Both the position numbers and the translations under genes were made by a program. DNA of 50,733 bases, from NCBI RefSeq assembly GCF_001194135.2, contig NC_068992.1, positions 24,356,608-24,407,340 of the forward strand, written 5' to 3'. Numbering within the stretch: the stretch's first letter is position 1; each line of letters opens with the position of its first letter. The stretch is from Octopus bimaculoides (taxonomy: Eukaryota). A model generated the notes under the pieces. It was not told the DNA's origin, searched no databases, and was given only the letters and a program-made list of their open reading frames with translations. Below, piece after piece: positions 38,968 to 49,975 of the stretch.

Positions 38968-39482
38968 TTAGGTTGAGGAAAAAATGTGTGCACCAAATGT
39001 GTACCGAATGGTCGCGCCATCAACGGTAACCTTTACTGTGTGCAATTTGATCGAGTCTAGGATGTGCTGGTTGAAAAGGACCCAAGACTTGTTCGTTGAA
39101 AATGAACACGATAATGCAAAAGCCACATACTGCCAGAAAGACCAGCAACAAGATTGAAGAATTGGACAGTGTGGAAGTTCTGCCGCATCTAGCCTAGAGT
39201 CCAGATGTTGATCCATCTGACTACGGTCCCTTCCGACCAATGCATCACATTATGAAAGGTCACTGACTTAAGTGAATCGGTGAAGTTAAAGAAGCCTGTC
39301 AAGAATTTTTTGATTCAAAGCCAAAGGATTGGTGCTTTGACCAAATCCAAAAGCTTGCACATCATTGGCAGAAGGTTGTGGAAAATGACTGTCTTTATTT
39401 TGAAAAAGAGTTGTTTTTTAGTAAATACTTGCATAAAAAACCATTATTTTAACATGGTACACAAACTTTTTCCTCAACTCAG
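38968..39482 (+). mobile_element. Internally deleted mariner element with TIRs and TA flanks
   Basis: Left TIR ttaggttgaggaaaaaatgtgtgcacca versus right TIR reverse complement ctgagttgaggaaaaagtttgtgtacca, with TA on both sides. Coding remnant HDNA/KPHTARKTSNKIEELDSVEVLPHLA*SPDVDPSDY...FFDSKP..W...I.KL..HWQKVVEND..YFE, with stops and a frameshift. Confidence 0.9.
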
Positions 39483-39775
39483 TATATATATATGTTATAA
39501 TATTAGGGAAAGTCCAAAATCCGAACTTACAAGGATATACAATTTAATAATATCAAATTGAATTTTATAATGAAAAGTATATTAATAATTTAGAGAAGAA
39601 CCACCAAAATGCAATTCAAACAATGAAGGAGTTCAGACACCATCAAGAAAAACGTACTCTTCAAAATACTGATTTAAAAAACTATAAAAATTTTTTTAAA
39701 ATTTATAATCCATAAAAGTATTAGATTAAAAATTTAATTCAGTTTAGTAAATTTATAAAAACGAAAGTGAATAAT

Positions 39776-39879
39776 GGACTACGCATTTTGTAGCCACATA
39801 ATAGTGGAAAAGATCTGGGCAATTTACAATAAATCGATCAAGATAAGTTCCACTCAGAATGAGGACACTCTTCAGGTCT
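39776..39879 (-). ncRNA. Degraded mirror copy of the 40.6 kb hammerhead
   Basis: Minus strand AGAC-CTGAAGA-GTGTCC...GGCTAC-AAAA-TGCGT-A-GTCC; the GAAA box is lost. Confidence 0.6.
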
Positions 39880-40583
39880 TGTAAATTCAAAAACTTCAAA
39901 AAACGTATCCTAATATTTAAAAACGCAAATAAAATAGGAAAAAAGTAGAAATATCTGTACGTTTGGGAAAGCAATTATTAATACAATACATAAAATGTCA
40001 AGGTTTTATAATAAAAATCATCTGTCAAGTTAAAGGCATAATTCGTCTAAGGAAGAAATAATTTCTGTGGATTAAGAATAGGGAAATATAAAAAAAAGAT
40101 AGTGTTATTAACTAAAACATGAATACGAACGTTCAACAGTATTAATAAAAATGACCAGCATCACTTATCTTATCGAAGACTCCTTGATGACTGTAATATT
40201 ACCCATGATGCATAGAAATTTATACGATGTGTGTCACTTGACAAAATGGCGTCCTTTCCTGACCACTAATATTAAGCTTTCGATGTAGAATTAAAATATG
40301 TAAATCACGTGACAATATGACACGAAGGAACGCCATTTTGTCACAAGACACGAAGGAACGCCGTTTTGTCACATGACACATATTTTAATTCTACATAGAA
40401 AGCTTAATATTAGTGGTCAAGAAAGAACGCCTTTAACTTGACAGATGATTTTTATTATAAAACCTTGACTTTTTATGTATTGTACTAATAACTGCTTTCC
40501 CTAACGTACAGACATTTCTACTTTTTCCTATTTCATTAGCATTTTTAAATACTAGGATACGTTTTGAATTTTTTGAATTTACA

Positions 40584-40687
40584 AAACCTGAAGAGTGTCC
40601 TAATTCTGGGTGGAACTTATCTTCATCGATTTATTGTAAATTGCCCAGATCTTTTCCACTATTATGTGGGCACGAAACGTGTAGTCT
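40584..40687 (+). ncRNA. Type I hammerhead motif with long helix II loop; catalytic core intact
   Basis: AAAC-CTGAAGA-GTGTCC(67 nt)GGGCAC-GAAA-CGTGT-A-GTCT. The opposite arm gives AGAC for helix I and GCGT for helix III, so the inferred consensus is AGAC...GAAA-CGCGT-A-GTCT with palindrome ACGCGT. Confidence 0.75.
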
Positions 40688-40871
40688 ATTATTCACTTTC
40701 GTTTTTATAAATTTACTAAACTGAATTAAATTTTAATCTAATAGTTTTTATGGATTATAAACTTTCTTTTAGATTTTATAGATTTTTAAATCAGTATTTT
40801 GAAGAGTACGTTTTTCTTGATGGTGTCTGAACTCCTTCATTGCTTGGATTGTATCCTGGTGGTTCTTCTCT

Positions 40872-40912
<41 letters not shown>

Positions 40913-42829
40913 GCGAGTATATACCTATGCATGTGTGTTTGTCGTCCATCACTGCTTGACGACTGGTGTCGATTTGTTAACATCCTGTAACTTAGTGGTT
41001 TGGCAAAAACAGACCGATAGAATAAGTACCAGGTCTTCAAAACGAATAATACTGGTGTCAATTTCTTCGACTAAACCCTTCAAGGTGGTGCCCCAGCATG
41101 GCCACAGTCCAATGACTGAAACAAGTTAAGGATAAAATATGATGATGTATCTATGTTCCTGCTCATCTTTCAGTTATTTAAAGGAGAGGATACTACAGCA
41201 CCATGGCAATTGATAAACATTACTTAGGAATAAAATCCTACACTTTCGAAACAAAACCTGAACTAAAATCTCACTTGCTTGTAGACTGTGTTACAAAAGG
41301 GTAAAGACCACCTTCAGCCATGAATGACCGTGGGGCCATGACTAGAAAGTTCCCCTCCAAGGTACACATCCAGGCAAGGTTGTTTATGGATGACCAGCAG
41401 TGACTCAGGCAACCTAGCCTCCTCCTTTCAAAGCCACCAATGTTATCCAAGGGAAAGGCAAAGGCTGATCGATACTGCTTAGCACCTGTGACATCACAAC
41501 TCTTTTCTGCAGCTGAGTGAACTGGAGCAATGTGAAATAAAGTGTCTTGCTCAAGAACACAACACAGGTGAGCAGGAATGCAGTACTGAGGAAGGTAGTT
41601 TTGTGTCAGGTGAGGAGAAATTAAAGGATGATAGAGGAATAAAGAACAGGTGTTTTGCTGTAGTTGAGAGACATAATTACCCTATTTAGAAAAGGAGAAG
41701 TGAGAGAAAACGAGCTTCTTTCCGTTTCTGCCTACCAAATCCAGTCATCAGGCTTTGGTTTGACTGGGGTGCAGTATAAAACACTTATTCAAGGTGCCAT
41801 GTAGTAGGAGTGAACCCAAGACATCATGGCTGGAAAGCAAGCTTCTTAGCCACACAGCTACACCAGTGCCTATCATTAATAGAAAAAGTCTTCTCTGGTT
41901 TTCCAGTGGTTATTGAATATTTCATAAAGAATGCTTGTAATGAGGTAGTTTTATGAGAATTAAGACCATCTCAGGTCAACAGAAACATCAGTTATTGTGA
42001 AATATAGAGAAAGACCATGTTTTCAACGGGTGGCCATGTAGCGCAAGATAATATAAAATAGGAAAAGAATAGAAGGACATGTAGCCTATAGTAATATCAA
42101 AGAAAAACAAGAGTATATAAAGAGATAATAAAAATAATGACAAGAACTGAAGGTGCCGAGCATTTTCATTAAGCTCATTGTTTTAATTTTACTCTAGCCA
42201 AAGAGCATTTTAACCAAAATATGATCAGGGAAATAAATGTTATGCCTTCATTTCAACAGGTAGGATGTTTATTTTTGGTTTTCAATTTTATGATTTTATT
42301 GNNNNNNNNNNNNNNNNNNNNNNNNNNNNNNNNNNNNNNNNNNNNNNNNNNNNNNNNNNNNNNNNNNNNNNNNNNNNNNNNNNNNNNNNNNNNNNNNNNN
42401 NNNNNNNNNNNNNNNNNNNNNNNNNNNNNNNNNNNNNNNNNNNNNNNNNNNNNNNNNNNNNNNNNNNNNNNNNNNNNNNNNNNNNNNNNNNNNNNNNNNN
42501 NNNNNNNNNNNNNNNNNNNNNNNNNNNNNNNNNNNNNNNNNNNNNNNNNNNNNNNNNNNNNNNNNNNNNNNNNNNNNNNNNNNNNNNNNNNNNNNNNNNN
42601 NNNNNNNNNNNNNNNNNNNNNNNNNNNNNNNNNNNNNNNNNNNNNNNNNNNNNNNNNNNNNNNNNNNNNNNNNNNNNNNNNNNNNNNNNNNNNNNNNNNN
42701 NNNNNNNNNNNNNNNNNNNNNNNNNNNNNNNNNNNNNNNNNNNNNNNNNNNNNNNNNNNNNNNNNNNNNNNNNNNNNNNNNNNNNNNNNNNNNNNNNCCG
42801 ATCCCAGTATGCAATTGAAAATTATTTTA

Positions 42830-43200
42830 CCGGCATTATGAAAGTCAAAGTCGACCTTGGTGGAATTTGATCTCAGAATCCAAAGATGTACAAAAAGCCG
42901 TTAAACATTTCGGCCAGCGTGCTAAAGATTCTTATTTCTTTATTGCCCACAAGGGGCTAAATATAGAGGGGACAAACAAGGACAGACAAAGGGATTAAGT
43001 CGATTACATCGACCCAGTGCGTAACTGGTACTTAATTTATCGTTGAAAAGGCAAAGTTGACCTCTGCGGAATTTGAACTCAGAACGTAACAGCAGATGAA
43101 ATACCACTAAGCATTTTGCCCTGTGTGCTAACAATTCTGCCAGCTCGTCACCTTGTTAATGATTTGACATGTTAATGATTCTGCCAGCTCACTGCCTTAT
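42830..43200 (-). mobile_element. Two SINE family A copies
   Basis: Family A domains; the copy at 42930-43150 has the alternative ...cccttgtgggcaataagaaataagaa tail. Confidence 0.75.
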
Positions 43201-43399
43201 TGCATTCTAGATATTACAATCATTTGCAGCATACGAATTAAAGAGTTGGGGTTCTCTCCTCCAGAACCCCGATTCAGTCATATTTTGCTCCAGGCAGGTA
43301 AGATTAAATCCTGTTGCTTCAATAAAAATAATAATTATGAAAGTGAAAGAACATCTTGGATCTTGGATATTGGATTCGCAAATTCTTTATCAATGGTCA

Positions 43400-43720
43400 T
43401 CTCTTCAGCTGATCTGAGTAGAGTGCAGCTCAGATGGGCAGCCCACCTTTTCTGAATGCTTGATACATGACTACTCGAAAGACTGTTTTACAGGCAATTG
43501 GCAGAAGGCAAGTGCACAAATGTTGGGCAGAAAAAGCACTTTAAAGATGTATTCAGAGCCTCACTGAAGTACTTTCAGATCAATGGCAATATTTGGGAAA
43601 TGCAAGCAAAGGACTGCCCAGTCAGGGGTCGCGACCCCAACTGATGTACCGCCTCCTACAAACAGAACAGGATTGCAGGAGCACAAAGAAACCATGAGCT
43701 CTGCAAGTCCAGAACCAACT
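43400..43720 (+). mobile_element. RTE-clade LINE, degraded ORF C-terminus
   Basis: QLRWAAHLF*MLDT*LLERLFYRQLAEGKCTNVGQKKHFKDVFRASLKYFQI...WE..AKD matches the RTE motif QLRWAGHVxRMxxxRLPKxxFYGEL..GKR..GGQKKRxKD. Confidence 0.8.
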
Positions 43721-44133
43721 GCTTGTGGAGGCACATGGCTTAGTGGTTAGTGTGTTGGACTTGTGATCATAAGATTGCGGTTTCGATTCCTAGAATGGGA
43801 GATGTGTTGTGTTCTTGAGGAAAACATTTCNNNNNNNNNNTAGAATGGGAGATGTGTTGTGTTCTTGAGGAAAACATTTCATTTCACGTTGCTCCAGTCC
43901 ACTCAGCTGGCAAAAATGAGTCAATCCTGTGATGGACCGGTGTCCCATCGATGTGGAGAATATATATGCCATGAAGCCAAGAAAAGTGGCCCCTATGAGT
44001 CTGAATAAACTGACTGTATATTTAAAACAACAACAGCAAGAGCAAAACTTTGAGAAACTAAATGTATAAAATATATAATATATTAACATTTCTAAATCTC
44101 TCTAAAGGAGACTATGGCAGCGGTACTGGATAT

Positions 44134-44420
44134 TAATAGTTATCGCTAAGCTAACATGGCAGTCCAGGAAAATAGGACGAATGCNNNNNNNNNNGCTAAC
44201 ATGGCAGTCCAGGAAAATAGGACGAATGCTGCCATTGATTAGCTCCAAGAGGCCATCGACTCTACCTAGTTATGTGACACACAAACCTGTTTGAAGGTAG
44301 TAATGGACACAGATTCATGTGTCACATAGCTAGCTAGAGGTGACGTCCTCTTGGAACTAATCAAAGGCAGCATTCATCCTATTTTCCTGGACTGCCATGT
44401 TAGCTTGGCAATAACTATTA
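44134..44420. repeat. MITE-like inverted repeat (~115 bp arms, 18-nt loop)
   Basis: Left arm taatagttatcgctaagctaacatggcagtccagg...cctgt; right arm acag...cctggactgccatgttagcttggcaataactatta. The left arm is inflated by a duplicated segment around the 10-N gap. Confidence 0.85.
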
Positions 44421-44459
44421 GTATGATATATTATTGTTATTATTATTATTATTACTTAC

Positions 44460-44584
44460 TTGTTTTCCTCTTAAGTTTTTCACATTACACTCAAGTACGG
44501 TAGTTTGACCTACATAACTTGTGACATTGTTTGGTGATTCAATAAAATGTACATCAGAGATACGTCGACGGCGAGAGTTAGTTC
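44460..44584 (-). CDS. Internal exon (125 bp, phase 1 to 0): N-terminal part of an Ig domain, dpr/DIP/zig-8/lachesin-like protein
   Basis: Acceptor ttgtctgttttgcag|GA and donor CAA|gtaagt. Peptide (G)TNSRRRRISDVHFIESPNNVTSYVGQTTVLECNVKNLRGKQ has the F-x-x-x-P-x-N-V-T...G-x-T-x-x-L-x-C pattern of Ig strands A-B. Ends in phase 0, matching the next exon. Confidence 0.9.
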
Positions 44585-44667
44585 CTGCAAAACAGACAAA
44601 ACAAAGAAATATATTAGACATATAAAGAGTCTTATTCCTTCATTCAATCAATAGAAAATTAGTTTAT

Positions 44668-44891
44668 TCATTTAGCATTCAGATTATTCTGTCAAATGTA
44701 ACGTTTATTTATTCACATTGTTTTCAATTAATAATGCATTATCTTGTAGCTGTGAGATTTTAATGATGTGAATGTTTATTTTTATAATGACATTGTAGGG
44801 TAAGTGTGAGGGGGCAGATCTGGTCAGTTTGAACATACAATTGGCAGAATATTTTGGTCAGATATAGCCAGTTTAAATGCTGAAGGGTTAA
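44668..44891 (-). mobile_element. TTAA-flanked MITE, same family as 18577-18801
   Basis: Reverse-complement similarity over ~220 bp; intact gaagggttaa terminus. Confidence 0.6.
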
Positions 44892-45094
44892 AGAAAAAAA
44901 AAGGAACATGAGTTAACAAGAGAGCATTCGTGTAGTCATTTGACCTGCAAGAAAAAGTAGCCGAATGTCTATCTTATGTCATTCCACCATCTTAAAATAT
45001 GAAGGATCCTCTAAACAGAGCAGTATTTGATGTACAAAATATAAAATAAATTTTTTTTTAAATAAAAAGAGATGGCCATGGTTAGAAAGCTTTT

Positions 45095-45480
45095 ATATAG
45101 GTGCAGTGTGGCTGTGTGGTAAAAAGCTTGCTTCCCAACAACATGGTTCCAGGTTCAGTTCTACTGTGTGGCAATGTGGGTAAGTGTCTTCTACTATAGC
45201 CTCGGGTTGACCAAAGCCTTGAGAGTGGATTCGAAAGATGGAAACTGAAAGAAGTCCATTATAAATGTGTGTGTGTGTGTGTCTCTCTACTTGTCCACCC
45301 ACCATCACTAGACAACCAACATTGGCGTGTTTGCATCCCCGTAACTTAGCGGTTCGGCAAAAGAGACCAATAGAATAAGTACACGTCTTACAAAAAATAA
45401 GTCCAGGGGTCTATTTGTTCGACAGAAGGCGGTGCTGCAGCATGTCCGCAGTCAAATAACTAAAACAAGTAAATAAATAA
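45095..45480 (+). mobile_element. SINE family B, full length
   Basis: Head gtggctgtgtggtaaaaagcttgcttccc; tail ending aagtaaataaataa. Confidence 0.8.
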
Positions 45481-45629
45481 ATAAATATTGTGCTGGGCTG
45501 GATTAATCATTATCCAAAATAAGCACCTGTTTAGGACACCAAGGCAAGATGTTGCCACCAGAGATATTTTTCAGTGCCATATTTGGTAAATTGTGTAAGA
45601 CTTCACAGTGTTTTTAAAGACTGAAAATG

Positions 45630-46020
45630 AACGTGCTTGTATGTGTGAGCATATCTGTGTGTGTGTGCATGTATTTGAGGCTTTCTGCTTGTGTGTATGC
45701 ATGTGTGTAAGTATATATGTGCATGGACATGTGTGTGAATATACATTTGTGTGTCTGTATGTGTGCATGCATTTGTGGCTTTGTACATGTATGTGTGTGT
45801 GCGAACATACAATTGTGTGTGTGCATGTATTTGCAGCTTTGTGCATGTGTGTGTAAATATATGTGTGAGAGCATGTGTGTGAAATATCTGCGTGTGCATG
45901 CATTTGTGACTTTGTGCTTGTGTGTCTAAATATATGTGTGTGCATGTATGTGAGCATGTGTATGTGAACATATATCTGAGTGTGTGTGTATGTATGTACG
46001 CATGCACACGTGTTTGCATG
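45630..46020. repeat. Degenerate GT/AT minisatellite-like tract
   Basis: Recurrent gtgcatg(t/c)atttg..gcttt motif among (GT)n. Confidence 0.7.
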
Positions 46021-47304
46021 AAAGTTGTCATCTGTTTCTTCATAATGAGCATTAGGGTTTTTAACCACATGCTCTCAGAATAGTGGAATGAAAAATACTT
46101 TATTTGTAAAACAAGTAATGGTTGGCAACAAGGAGACCATGTGACAATAAAATACAATCTCAGAAATGCACCACCACTCCTATGCCACAGATTTTGCTCT
46201 TATAGAAAGCTAAACATAAACAAACCAAACAGTTATTAGTATATGAAGGTCAATGAATGGTTTCGCTCAGGTGTTGAAACCAGAATGATATCTGATTGGG
46301 CAGCTGATGATGAGAATGCACCTATGTTATGCTAAACTGTGAATTCCTTTTATCTTGCCTTTCATTCTTGTAAAGTTGGAAGCTGTTTGTGGATTCATAG
46401 TATGTGGACACTTTCTGTCTACAGTCTACCAAATTCAATCATAAGGCCTTGGGGGACTATATCAGAAGACACTTGCCCAAGGTGACACACAGGGAGATTG
46501 AACATAAAACTTCATGGTTAGGAAGTAAGCTTCTTAACCACACAGCCATGTCTGTGCATCAATAAAAACATTCACAGACTTCACAGAAAATCTTTAGTTC
46601 CTTTTCCTGTCATTTGCTGAGAAAATATATTTATTTAATACTTAATGTGTGTCTATGTTAATAGAATTGTCAATTATTTTCTGTCTTTGACATGTGTCAC
46701 TAATTTAACACATTCAATTATTTCTTTAATATTTTTCTTTTGCACCATTGCTAATTTTTTTCCCACTACTTGTCTATCATTTCTTTTTATTTTGTGAGTG
46801 TGTGTATGTTTTAATGTAATCTATCATTTTTTTTCTCTCTCTGATCTTTCAGCACATTCATTACAATTAAGTTAAAAATAAGGTGATGCAGTCTAATTGT
46901 ATCAGCAACAGAAGACAACAGAAAGTTGTGCTATAATATCAGTATGGTAACCTAGAAAGATAAATTGTTAAGTATATCATAGATTATGTTAAGCATGTTA
47001 TTAATTTATGTTAATTATGACTTAAACTATGATATTGACTCTTTTCAAAGTTGTGTAGTTTGCTTGAAGCATTGGCTGATACAGATGTTACGAAGGGTTT
47101 GTTGCTTGAGTTGATCAGGTCAATGAGGATCAGAATTAGACATTGCCATTACCAAAGTGAATGGCTTTGTTAGCGTTGTATAATGAACATGTGGTTGTCA
47201 TTATTGGCTGTGATAATGATGACTAAAGCAAACACACAAAGATTTAACTTGATATTCATTGTCAAACATAATGACATTTGCTGTTGGCTGTTTCCAATGA
47301 GTGT

Positions 47305-47855
47305 GAAGGTATGTGGCTTAGTGGTTAAGGTATTCAGATTATGATCTTAAGGTCATGAGTTCAATTCGTGGTGACACGTTGTATCCTTGAGCAAAACACT
47401 TTATTTCATGTGGCTCCAGTCCATTCAACTGGCAAAAATGTGCAATACCCGTATTTCAAAGGGCCAGCCTTGTCACACTCTGTGTCATTCTGAAACTCCC
47501 TGAGAACTACATTAACGGTACATGTGTCTGTGGAATACTCAGCCATTTGCGCGTTAATTTCACAAGCAGGCTATTCCATTAATCGGATCATCTGGAACCC
47601 TTGTCTTTGTAACAGGCAGTGTGCCATTTTCAAGGAACATTATTAATTCTCTAAGGTGGCAAGCTGGAACATTGGATAAAATGCCAAGAGGTATTTTGTT
47701 GGTCACAATGTTCTGAGTTCAAATTCTGCTGAAGTCAACTTTGCTTTTCGACTTTTCAGGGTCAATAAGATTAGTACCAGTGGAGTACTGGGATTGATGT
47801 AATCTACAAGTCCCCTCCTCACAGATTTCAAGCCTTGTGCCTTTAGTAGAAAGGA
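47305..47855 (+). mobile_element. SINE family D (47305-47620) and family A (47655-47855)
   Basis: A-box tggcttagtgg and B-box gagttcaattc; shared bodies with earlier copies. Confidence 0.75.
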
Positions 47856-49164
47856 TTAATAATAGTTAAATGGGATTGAGAGAAAAACTACCCTGTATCT
47901 ATAGAAGGTATTTATAAGACATTGTGTAAATCTTCTGATTGATCTATCCAAGAACCTGGAATTGTCTGTGTAAATTCTCAGAACTGTCTGCCATGGCAAG
48001 ATATGGGATGTGCAAATCAGTCAGCTGTCATGAACACTCTGTGATGAGCCAAAGTTCCAGAATGGTTTTTATAAGGTAGGGGTCTCCAAAAGGGGTCTCA
48101 GGGAGTAGCACCCCTGCCTTCCTGAGTTAGTTTTCCACTACATTTCTTAAAGTGGTATAGGCCTTGGTCTCAGGATTACTCATGTCTAGAAATTGAGATT
48201 GGAGGGTAAGCAAGGGCATACTCCCTGTAGAAAATCCAGCTCCAAAAAGGCCTAATGATAGCAAAGGAGAATGGGCACCAACCAACCAACCAACCAGCCC
48301 AAAGGTTGGGGTCGGCTGCACCTGCCAACCTTGGTTACCTTAGTACTGAGGTAGATCTGGCCACTCCCTTTAACAGGGACAGAACCTGGATTTAAAGCAC
48401 TGGACAATGATGAACAGGGCACTTTCTAGAACATTCACGTAAACCATATCACACCACAGCCTCATGCTGACTGGTCAATTAATAGACTGACCAAGTGAAA
48501 CTGTGGTGGTTCATTCATGGTATCTAAGTATCCAGCTGTTACACAGATGTTTTCTTTTTGTTTTTTGCGTTTTCTTTCCACAGCCAAAACAATACGAATT
48601 ATAAGAAATAACACAAGGTGATGGGGAGTACTTTTCTACCTTGTATTTCAATATCTCAAGGTCAGGATGTAGAATTGTGAACTTACTTCCCTGTTCTGTC
48701 ATGAGTGTATACACAACCCCCAACAAGTAAGTCAGCTCATAGCACCATATCTTTAAAAATTTCCTGAAGAAATAATTTTAACACCAAAATACTAAAATAC
48801 AAGATGAAAGAACAAACCATCAAAGTGTATTATTTCTTATCACTTGTGTTGTTTTGACTTTAAAAAAAAAAAAGTATGGAAAACATTTATCTTTTCAGAA
48901 TGTTTGATGTCTTCAGATTCTTAAGTTTTTCATCAGAAACATTCTCCATAAAGATCAAAGCGAATTCATACATTTAACCATTAAGCATTCATATCCCATG
49001 CTGGCGGCATGTAAAATGCACCCATTACACTCTTGGAGTGGTCGGCGTTAGGAATGGCATCCAGTCATAAAGACCATGCTAAATCAGACTGGAACCTGGT
49101 GCAGCTCTCCGGCTTACCAATTCCAGTGGGAAGCAGACATTAAATGATAAGATGATAATGACGA

Positions 49165-49325
49165 AATGTAATTCTTACCTATTCACATTGTTTAGAATTA
49201 ACCATGCATTATCTCATAGCTTCAAGATTTCAATGGTGTCGTCGTTTGTTTTTAGAATGATATTGTCGGGTAGGTGCGAGAGGCTTGATCTGGTCAGTCT
49301 GGACATAAGACTGGTAGAATATTTA
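49165..49325 (-). mobile_element. Partial copy of the TTAA-flanked MITE
   Basis: Internal segment (attcacattg...gcattatctc...gtagg...gatctggtcagt) shared with 44668-44891. Confidence 0.5.
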
Positions 49326-49480
49326 TAACAATTCACTTAACCATAAATCTCAGTAGCGAGAGATTATTAGTAAATTTTATTTTAATACAGTGTACATTAA
49401 ATGATGTGTGTGTGTGTATTTATGAATGTGCATGCCCTTCTGTGTGTATTAAGGAAAACTAAAAAATAAGGAGATATTTA

Positions 49481-49975
49481 CATTATTTACATTTGACAGA
49501 TATTTGTCCTCATCTTGTTTGTTGTTAACACAACGTTTTGGTGTCTTGGGGAAATTTTGAACCTGGGTTCTCATTCCTAAGGTATTTTTTCGATGTTATT
49601 ATTATTACTATTATTATTATTATTCAGGTTACTGCCTGGAATCGAACTCGGAATCTTGAGGTTAGTAGCAATGCTCTTAACCACTATGCCATATGCCCAT
49701 GGTTATAGTGGCTAAGAGTGCGGGCTACTAACCCCAAGATTCCAATTTTAATTCCAGCTAGTGACCTGAATAAAAGTAATAATAATAATAATAGCATCGA
49801 AAAATACCTTAGGAATGAGAACCCAGGTTCAAAATTTCCCCAAGACACCTGATGAAGGCTGGAGTATATCAGCCGAAACATGTTAACAACAAACAAGATG
49901 AGGACAAATTTCTGTCAAATGAAAATAATGTAAATAATGTAAATAATTCCTCATTTCTTAAATATAGAACTGTAT
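49481..49975. mobile_element. Palindromic retroposed element: two head-to-head arms, each tRNA-like head + (AAT)n + hammerhead-bearing tail
   Basis: Arms 49481-49698 (-) and ~49699-49975 (+) are inverted copies. 14-bp direct repeat taaggagatattta at 49467-49480 and 49976-49989. Confidence 0.85.
49844..49885 (+). ncRNA. Minimal type I hammerhead ribozyme motif (core boxes intact, helix I/III region damaged)
   Basis: GACAC-CTGATGA-A-GGCTG(gagtatat)CAGCC-GAAA-C, then a short deletion relative to the family consensus C-GT-T-GTGTT. Confidence 0.7.

Larger units (their letters stand above)
39585..40878. repeat. ~1.3 kb foldback element with ~450 bp inverted arms
   Basis: 39585-40037 is the reverse complement of 40429-40878 (about 85-90% by eye). 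The right end abuts (TA)n. Confidence 0.9.

Noticed and set aside
40319-40374. Tandem 28-bp repeats as a CRISPR-like array
   Set aside because: Only two directly adjacent units with no spacers, in eukaryotic repeat context.
43790-43880. 40-bp direct repeat flanking 10 Ns (similar at 17960-18030 and 44150-44230)
   Set aside because: Identical sequence on both sides of a minimal gap indicates unmerged contig overlap, an assembly artefact.
45571-46157. His/Thr-rich ORFs of 165-184 aa
   Set aside because: Translations of GT/AT microsatellite-like sequence.
48080-48480. GC-richer block resembling a LINE 5' region (also 22340-22560)
   Set aside because: No coding motif or second copy in the window to support a specific call.
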